Below are positions 55,148-64,000 of a stretch of DNA of 64,000 nt, piece after piece; the stretch's first letter is position 1; every line of letters starts with the position of its first letter. Under the pieces are notes generated by a model. The model did not search any database. It was not told the DNA's origin and saw only the letters and a program-made list of their open reading frames with translations. Made by a program: the position numbers and the translations under genes. This DNA comes from Flectonema sp. DT1601. Its lineage: Eukaryota. The DNA lies in assembly GCA_964019425.1 (NCBI GenBank), contig OZ025798.1:620001-684000 (forward strand), in the 5' to 3' direction.

Positions 55148-56470
55148 TTTTTTTTTAATTTATTTTTAAAGAAGAAACAATCAATTTAGCGTCTTGACCA
55201 GGACGGAAAATAGAAAGTAATCGACGTAGTCGATCGATAAAAAAACAATGATAACATTGTTTATTCTTTTTTTTTTTTTTTTTTTTATTCTTTTTTATTT
55301 ATTTTTAAAGAAAAAAAAATAGAAATTAGTCGACAAGGTCGAACGATAAAAAAAAACAATGATAACATTGTTTAATCTTTTTTTTTTTATTTTTTTTTTA
55401 TTTTTTTTTTATTTTTTTTATTATATTCTTTTTTATTAATTTTGAAAAAAACAATCAGTTTAGCGTCTTGACCAGGACGGAAAATAGAAAGTAATCGACA
55501 TAGTCGATCGATAAAAAAACAATGATAACATTGTTTATTCTTTTTTTTTTTTTTTTTTAAATTCTTTTTTATTTATTTTTAAAGAAAAAAACGGAAAATA
55601 GAAATTAGTCGACAAGGTCGAACGATAAAAAAAACAATGATAACATTGTTTAATCTTTTTTTTTTATTTTTTTTTTATATTCTTTTTTATTAATTTTGAA
55701 AAAAACAATCAGTTTAGCGTCTTGACCAGGACGGAAAATAGAAAGTAATCGACATAGTCGATCGATAAAAAAACAATGATAACATTGTTTATTCTTTTTT
55801 TTTTTTTTTTAAATTCTTTTTATTTATTTTTTAAAGAAAAAAAAAAAAATAGAAATTAGTCGACAGAGTCGATCGATAAAAAAAACAATGATAACATTGT
55901 TTATTCTTTTTTTTTTTTTTTATTTTTTTTTTTTTATATTCTTTTTTAATTTTGAAAAAAAAAACAATCAGTTTAGCGTCTTGACCAGGACGGAAAATAG
56001 AAAGTGATCGACATAGTCGATCGATAAAAAAAAAAAAAAAAAAAATGATAACATTGTTTATTCTTTTTTTGTTTTTTAAATTCTTTTTATTTATTTTTAA
56101 AGAAAAAAAACGGAAAATAGAAATTAGTCGACAAAGTCGAACGATAGAAAAAATAATGATAACATTGTTTATTCTTTTTTTTTTTTTATTTTTTTTTTTA
56201 TATTCTTTTTTATTAATTTTGAAAAAAACAATCAGTTTAGCGTCTTGACCAGGACGGAAAATAGAAAGTAATCGACATAGTCGATCGATAAAAAAACAAT
56301 GATAACATTGTTTAATCTTTTTTTTTTTTTTTTTTTAAATTCTTTTTATTTATTTTTTAAAGAAAAAAAACGGAAAATAGAAATTAGTCGACAGAGTCGA
56401 TCGATAAAAAAAAACAATGATAACATTGTTTGATCTTTTATAATTTTTTTTTTTTTATTTGTTTTATTTG
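52067..56470 (+). repeat. Satellite array interrupted by the terminal module at 53302-53698; more heterogeneous monomers in 53700-56470
   Basis: Tandem monomers, including A/B hybrids and loop variants (ATA, AAA, AGA, AAG, GTA). Confidence 0.93.
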
Positions 56471-58012
56471 TTTTTAAAAAAAAAAAAAAAAAAACAAGCG
56501 GAATTGATCATAATGGGTGGTAGGGGTTGTTATAACTTCGTTTGAAAATTCTTCTTTTTTGATTTCTTTTTTTTTTTTTTTCTTTTTATAGGAGTTAAGA
56601 TCACTTTCAGGAGACAACACATGAACAAGAGCAGCAAGCAGAGTTGACACTATCAATTCAGATTTGAAATACCGGGAATTAATTTACAAGGAGGTATCTC
56701 AAGTGACTTGGTATCTCTAGCGTGTCGGTATCTCTGGAGTGCTGGTATCTCGTATGTGCGTTGGTATCTCATGAGTGATGGTATCTCTTGTGCATTAGAA
56801 AAACGAAAAAGAATGTCATGACCATGACGGAAGAATTGAGGAATTGAGTTAACATGTTCAATTTAACTTATTTAAACTTTTTTTTTTTTTTAACAGACCG
56901 TAACTATTTGAAAATAAAATGTAGATGGGAAACAGTGAAAAGTAAAATGGATGATAAAATTAATTGAGAAATATGACATAACAGACCAGATAGAGAGTAT
57001 TAAAAGGAAAATGAAAAGGAAAAGAGAAACTAGGTTAACACTTATTTAAATTAAGACCGGTTAGTCAGTTTAAGGTCCTGACTAGGACCAACAAAAAAGA
57101 AAGAAAAAAATTAACGATCAAGCTGAGCTGATCTTGTTTTTATTACAAATAGGGGAGCGGGAGGGATGGAAGGAATAGAGGAAAAAAAAAGAAAAGGTTG
57201 ATCAATTGGATCTGATCGTCGAGAAGAAGAAATTATTTTAAAGGTTGATCGGTATAGCCGATCGTTGAGAAAAATAAACAGATATAAATACAATCAGTTT
57301 AAATTAAAAAAGAAAAAAAGATTAACGATCAAGCTGAGCTGATCTTGTTTTTATTTAAAATTAGGGGAGCGGGAGGGATGGAAGGAATAAAGGAAAAAAA
57401 AAAAAAAAAAAAAGGTCGATCAATTTGATCTGATCGTCGAGAAGAAGAAAACAATTATTTTAAAAAAATGATCGGTATAGCCGATCGTTGAGAAAAGAAC
57501 AGATATAAATACAATCGGTTTTGGTGATCGACGAGTGGAGCGATCACTTGACAAGAAGGAAAAAGAAAGGACCGATTAATTGGGGCTTTGGTTGTATTCC
57601 CAAGGCATATTTTTTTTTTTTTTTTTTTATTATTCATTTACATTATTTATTTTTTTTTTTTTTTTAAATTAATAATCACATTTTGTTCAAAAATATTTCA
57701 TATTAGAGTAAAAGAAAAAGAAAAAAAGAAATAAGAGAAAAAAAAAAAAAAAAAACCATTGCTGGCCCCCTCACCACTCATAGAGGATGAGGAGGCCAGT
57801 AAGGCGTCACTCAAATCTATGCCAAGCCTTGGGAACTTGGATTGGGGTTTAGACCATTTATAATTAACAATTAACAATTAACCTGATTAACGTTATGATC
57901 TGACGGACATAAACATATCGATAAAATAATACAAATAAAAACGAACAATAAATAATAAATAAGCTAAAAAAACTAAATAAACAAAATGATGTGAAAGTAA
58001 GGAAAAAGAGAA

Positions 58013-58546
58013 TTACAAGGGGGTGGAGTCACCGTGAACGTCATCAGCAGAACATCTCCTTCGATTGTAACGATATCTTGATGGAGGGGTCCGTTTTTTC
58101 AGAGTTGAACGCTCAGACTTTCTCGGCGGAGTTTCATTTTCCTCATGTTCTTCTGTGTCTGGCGGACTCAAACCTTCTGCCCATGAAGCTAATTGGAACT
58201 TCAGGGCCGCAATTTGAGACCGTGCCAAGGCGAGTTGAGCATTTAAATCGCTCGCCAGTCCCGTTAACATCATGGATTGCTCAAGCTGCTCTGCGTGAGT
58301 TGTACACCGTTGGTGATTCAGCTCCGAGAGGCGAAGTTGGGCATCCAAAAGTTGTTCTGAGAGCTCTGCCGCTTTCTCGTTTGTTTCGAGAGAGTCATCT
58401 ACTGCTCGACAGTAATTCTCGAGTAAGTCAATCCTACCCTCGGACCATTGTCTCGCAATAGGTGTATTCTCTTTAACGGAGATAACGTGACTCTCTTGTC
58501 GTAAAATCTTGGTCGGCGTGCGGTCGAGAGCTTCACTCCGCGGCAT
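58013..58546 (-). CDS. Second copy of the coiled-coil hypothetical protein (frame open upstream to ~58865)
   Basis: Differs from 50721-51254 by one replacement (Q3R) and three synonymous changes that I could see. Confidence 0.55.
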   Translation of the reverse strand: MPRSEALDRTPTKILRQESHVISVKENTPIARQWSEGRIDLLENYCRAVDDSLETNEKAAELSEQLLDAQLRLSELNHQRCTTHAEQLEQSMMLTGLASDLNAQLALARSQIAALKFQLASWAEGLSPPDTEEHEENETPPRKSERSTLKKRTPPSRYRYNRRRCSADDVHGDSTPL

Positions 58547-58979
58547 TGTCGGAGGAATTGAGGCTAGAGGACAAAGAGGGGTGATATAATTAAGGGTAGG
58601 GATAAGGGGTTTAATAAGAGGAGTAAAAAGACTACTCGTAGTTGTAAAGAGCGAGAGGTAGTTCTTTGCTATCTTCATCATAGCAACAGATTCATACAAA
58701 ACGGGGGTTCGGGGGGAAACTTGTTGACTAAAGTGGGTCATGCGGGGACGCGCGGCACGCAAACTCTCGACCTCCTGTTGAGTATAGAAAAGTCTTATTT
58801 TACTTTCTCTTTCCTCATTACATTTGGTCTCCAATTCGTTCGACAGAAGAACAAACCTTTGATGGTTCTTTTTTATTAATTTTGAAAAAAACAATCAGTT
58901 TAGCGTCTTGACCAGGACGGAAAATAGAAAGTAATCGACATAGTCGATCGATAAAAAAACAATGATAACATTGTTTATT

Positions 58980-59013
<34 letters not shown>

Positions 59014-59083
59014 CTTCTTATTATTTTTTAAAGAAAAAACAATCAGTTTAGCGTCTTGACCAGGACGGAAAATAGAAAGTAAT

Positions 59084-59479
59084 GAATTTCGATAAGTGGG
59101 AAGTAACGGACTGGGAGCTTTTGGCTCCTGCCCTATTCCCGACGTAAACTTTCTTTTTATTTTTTTTTTTTTTTTAACAGGCCCAAAGGGCGACAATGAT
59201 GGTTGCTGACCAAGGAATAATATTCAAATGAATTTTCGTTTCAAAGAAACGAACAGAATTAAGAGAGAGGTAGAGAAAAAAAAAAAAAAAAAAAAAAAGA
59301 AAGAATAGAAAAAAAATATGAAGAGGAAATAATCAAACATGAAAAAAAAAAAAAAAAATAAAATATAAATAAAAAACGTTGTATGAAAAAGGAAAAAAAG
59401 AAAAAAAAAAGACCAGAAAAGGAAAGAGAAAATGAAAAGGTATAATATTATTGTGGGGATATGAGGATAGCAGGGAGAT

Positions 59480-59517
<38 letters not shown>

Positions 59518-59770
59518 TTATTATTTAAAAAAAGGAAACAATCAGTTTAGCGTCTCGATCAGGACGGAAAATAGAAATTAATCGACATAGTCGATCGATA
59601 GAAAAAAAACAATGATAACATTGTTTATTCCTTTTTTTTTTTTTTTTTTTTATTCTTTTTATTTATTTTTAAAGAAAAAACAATCAGTTTAGCGTCCTGA
59701 CCAGGACGGAAAATTGAAAGTGATCCACATAGTCGATCGATAGAAAAAAGACAATGATAACATTGTTTAT

Positions 59771-59803
<33 letters not shown>

Positions 59804-60195
59804 CTTTTAATTATTTTAAAGAAAAAACAATCAGTTTAGCGTCTTGACCAGGACGGAAAATAGAAAGTGATCGACATAGTCGATCGATAAAAAACAATGA
59901 TAACATTGTTTATTCCTTTTTTTTTTCTTTTTTTTTTATTCTTTTTATTTATTTTTAAAGAAAAAACAATCAGTTTAGCGTCCTGACCAGGACGGAAAAT
60001 AGAAAGTAATCGACATAGTCGATCGATAAAAAAAAAACAATGATAACATTGTTTATTCCTTTTTTTTTTCTTTTTTTTTATTCTTTTTATTTATTTTTAA
60101 AGAAAAAACAATCAGTTTAGCGTCCTGACCAGGACGGAAAATTGAAAGTGATCGACATAGTCGATCGATAAAAAAACAATGATAACATTGTTTAT

Positions 60196-60226
<31 letters not shown>

Positions 60227-61000
60227 CCTTTTAATTATTTTTTAAAGAAAAAACAATCAGTTTAGCGTCTTGACCAGGACGGAAAATAGAAAGTGATCGA
60301 CATAGTCGATCGATAAAAAACAATGATAACATTGTTTATTCTTTTTTTTTTTTTTTTTTTTTTTTAATCCTTTTTATTATTTTAAAGAAAAAACAATCAG
60401 TTTAGCGTCTTGACCAGGACGGAAAATAGAAAGTGATCGACATAGTCGATCGATAAAAAAACAATGATAACATTGTTTATTCTTTTTTTTTTTTTTTTTT
60501 TAAATTCTTTTTATTTATTTTTAAAGAAAAAAAACGGAAAATAAAAATTAGTCGACAAAGTCGAACGATAAAAAAAAACAATGATAACATTGTTTATTCT
60601 TTTTTTTTTTGTTTTTTTTTATATTCTTTTTTATTAATTTTGAAAAAAAAACAATCAGTTTAGCGTCTTGACCAGGACGGAAAATAGAAAGTAATCGACA
60701 TAGTCGATCGATAAAAAAAACAATGATAACATTGTTTACTCTTTTTTTTTTTTTTTTTTAAATTCTTTTTATTTTAAAAAGAAAAAAAACGGAAAATAGA
60801 AATTAGTCAACAAAGTCGAACGATAAAAAAAAAAACAATGATAACATTGTTTATTCTTTTTTTTTTATTTTTTTTTTTATATTCTTTTTTATTAATTTTG
60901 AAAAAAAAAACAATCAGTTTAGCGTCTTGACCAGGACGGAAAATAGAAAGTGATCGACATAGTCGATCGATAAAAAAAAAACAATGATAACATTGTTTAT

Positions 61001-61037
<37 letters not shown>

Positions 61038-62017
61038 CTTTTTTTTTTTTTAAAGAAAAAACAATCAGTTTAGCGTCTTGACCAGGACGGAAAATAGAAA
61101 GTAATCGACATAGTCGATCGATAAAAAAAACAATGATAACATTGTTTATTCTTTTTTTTTTTTTTTTTAAATCTTTTTATTTATTTTTTAAAAAGAAAAA
61201 AAAAAAACGGAAAATAGAAATTAGTCAACAACGTCGAACGATAAAAAAAAAAACAATGATAACATTGTTTATTCTTTTTTTTTTTATTTTTTTTTGTATT
61301 CTTTTTTATTAATTTTGAAAAAAAAACAATCAGTTTTGCGTCTTGACCAGGACGGAAAATAGAAAGTGATCGACATAGTCGATCGATAAAAAAACAATGA
61401 TAACATTGTTTATTCTTTTTTTTTTTTTTTTTTTTTTTAAATCCTTTTTATTATTTTTAAAGAAAAAACAATCAGTTTAGCGTCTTGACCAGGACGAAAA
61501 ATAGAAAGTGATCGACATAGTCGATCGATAAAAAAACAATGATAACATTGTTTATTCTTTTTTTTTTTTTTCTTCTTTTTTTTAAATCCTTCTTTTTATT
61601 TTTTAAAGAAAAAACAATCAGAATTTCGATAAGTGGGAAGTAACGGACTGGGAGCTTTTGGCTCCTGCCCTATTCCCGACGTAAACTTTCTTTTTATTTT
61701 TTTTTTTTTTTTAACAGGCCCAAAGGGCGACAATGATGGTTGCTGACCAAGGAATAATATTCAAATGAATTTTCGTTTCAAAGAAACGAACAGAATTAAG
61801 AGAGAGGTAGAGAAAAAAAAAAAAAAAAAAAAAAAGAAAGAATAGAAAAAAAATATGAAGAGGAAATAATCAAACATGAAAAAAAAAAAAAAAAATAAAA
61901 TATAAATAAAAAACGTTGTATGAAAAAGGAAAAAAAGAAAAAAAAAAAGACCAGAAAAGGAAAGAGAAAATGAAAAGGTATAATATTATTGTGGGGATAT
62001 GAGGATAGCAGGGAGAT

Positions 62018-62055
<38 letters not shown>

Positions 62056-62308
62056 TTATTATTTAAAAAAAGGAAACAATCAGTTTAGCGTCTCGATCAG
62101 GACGGAAAATAGAAATTAATCGACATAGTCGATCGATAGAAAAAAAACAATGATAACATTGTTTATTCCTTTTTTTTTTTTTTTTTTTTATTCTTTTTAT
62201 TTATTTTTAAAGAAAAAACAATCAGTTTAGCGTCCTGACCAGGACGGAAAATTGAAAGTGATCCACATAGTCGATCGATAGAAAAAAGACAATGATAACA
62301 TTGTTTAT

Positions 62309-62341
<33 letters not shown>

Positions 62342-62733
62342 CTTTTAATTATTTTAAAGAAAAAACAATCAGTTTAGCGTCTTGACCAGGACGGAAAATA
62401 GAAAGTGATCGACATAGTCGATCGATAAAAAACAATGATAACATTGTTTATTCCTTTTTTTTTTCTTTTTTTTTTATTCTTTTTATTTATTTTTAAAGAA
62501 AAAACAATCAGTTTAGCGTCCTGACCAGGACGGAAAATAGAAAGTAATCGACATAGTCGATCGATAAAAAAAAAACAATGATAACATTGTTTATTCCTTT
62601 TTTTTTTCTTTTTTTTTATTCTTTTTATTTATTTTTAAAGAAAAAACAATCAGTTTAGCGTCCTGACCAGGACGGAAAATTGAAAGTGATCGACATAGTC
62701 GATCGATAAAAAAACAATGATAACATTGTTTAT

Positions 62734-62764
<31 letters not shown>

Positions 62765-63538
62765 CCTTTTAATTATTTTTTAAAGAAAAAACAATCAGTT
62801 TAGCGTCTTGACCAGGACGGAAAATAGAAAGTGATCGACATAGTCGATCGATAAAAAACAATGATAACATTGTTTATTCTTTTTTTTTTTTTTTTTTTTT
62901 TTTAATCCTTTTTATTATTTTAAAGAAAAAACAATCAGTTTAGCGTCTTGACCAGGACGGAAAATAGAAAGTGATCGACATAGTCGATCGATAAAAAAAC
63001 AATGATAACATTGTTTATTCTTTTTTTTTTTTTTTTTTTTAAATTCTTTTTATTTATTTTTAAAGAAAAAAAACGGAAAATAAAAATTAGTCGACAAAGT
63101 CGAACGATAAAAAAAAACAATGATAACATTGTTTATTCTTTTTTTTTTTGTTTTTTTTTATATTCTTTTTTATTAATTTTGAAAAAAAAACAATCAGTTT
63201 AGCGTCTTGACCAGGACGGAAAATAGAAAGTAATCGACATAGTCGATCGATAAAAAAAACAATGATAACATTGTTTACTCTTTTTTTTTTTTTTTTTTAA
63301 ATTCTTTTTATTTTAAAAAGAAAAAAAACGGAAAATAGAAATTAGTCAACAAAGTCGAACGATAAAAAAAAAACAATGATAACATTGTTTATTCTTTTTT
63401 TTTTATTTTTTTTTTTATATTCTTTTTTATTAATTTTGAAAAAAAAAACAATCAGTTTAGCGTCTTGACCAGGACGGAAAATAGAAAGTGATCGACATAG
63501 TCGATCGATAAAAAAAAAACAATGATAACATTGTTTAT

Positions 63539-63575
<37 letters not shown>

Positions 63576-64000
63576 CTTTTTTTTTTTTTAAAGAAAAAAC
63601 AATCAGTTTAGCGTCTTGACCAGGACGGAAAATAGAAAGTAATCGACATAGTCGATCGATAAAAAAAACAATGATAACATTGTTTATTCTTTTTTTTTTT
63701 TTTTTTAAATCTTTTTATTTATTTTTTAAAAAGAAAAAAAAAAAACGGAAAATAGAAATTAGTCAACAACGTCGAACGATAAAAAAAAAAACAATGATAA
63801 CATTGTTTATTCTTTTTTTTTTTATTTTTTTTTGTATTCTTTTTTATTAATTTTGAAAAAAAAACAATCAGTTTTGCGTCTTGACCAGGACGGAAAATAG
63901 AAAGTGATCGACATAGTCGATCGATAAAAAAACAATGATAACATTGTTTATTCTTTTTTTTTTTTTTTTTTTTTTTAAATCCTTTTTATTATTTTTAAAG
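59084..64000 (+). repeat. Recent ~2537-bp tandem duplication of terminal module + satellite (59084-61620; 61621 to window end)
   Basis: Both units share rare variants in the same order: CCCGACGTAAAC, GAGAGGTAGAG, GATCCACATAG, GTTTACTC, CAACAACGTCG, GTTTTGCGTC. Confidence 0.9.

Noticed and set aside
42680..64000. Satellite as a CRISPR array, or as coding sequence (MITLFILF... ORFs)
   Set aside because: The sequence between conserved blocks is A/T homopolymer, not unique spacers. The ORFs are low-complexity artefacts, and homopolymer length variation may partly be sequencing error.

Overview
Eukaryotic nuclear DNA, most likely from a euglenozoan and plausibly a diplonemid. This is inferred from euglenozoan-type LSU rRNA signatures (CTTCCTAACCTAG, CGTCTTCTAATTAAAGACGCG), canonical GT-AG introns, co-oriented genes and Pro/Thr-rich stalked surface proteins. 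The left part (1-29026) is genic and entirely on the minus strand. It holds a 3-exon multi-pass membrane protein (UPF0658-like), a small MGCxxS protein, and a tandem array of three giant type-I membrane proteins with 6, 6 and 8 near-identical CAP/SCP (PR-1) domains on mucin-like stalks, plus a truncated fourth copy. At 29027 the sequence switches abruptly to a 35-kb repeat compartment. This is dominated by an AT-rich satellite whose monomer carries three palindromes showing compensatory base changes. Embedded in it are GIY-YIG, Zn-finger and RLE-type retrotransposon fragments, a CpG-depleted repeat, pieces of a sharply ended large element, and four non-autonomous TIR transposons. The most striking system is a set of three Mutator-like elements (GGG termini, 9-bp TSDs where both ends survive). 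They carry inward-facing tRNA-derived Pol III cassettes 111-124 bp inside their ends, each of a different tRNA identity, and two of them carry adjacent pieces of LSU rRNA as cargo.
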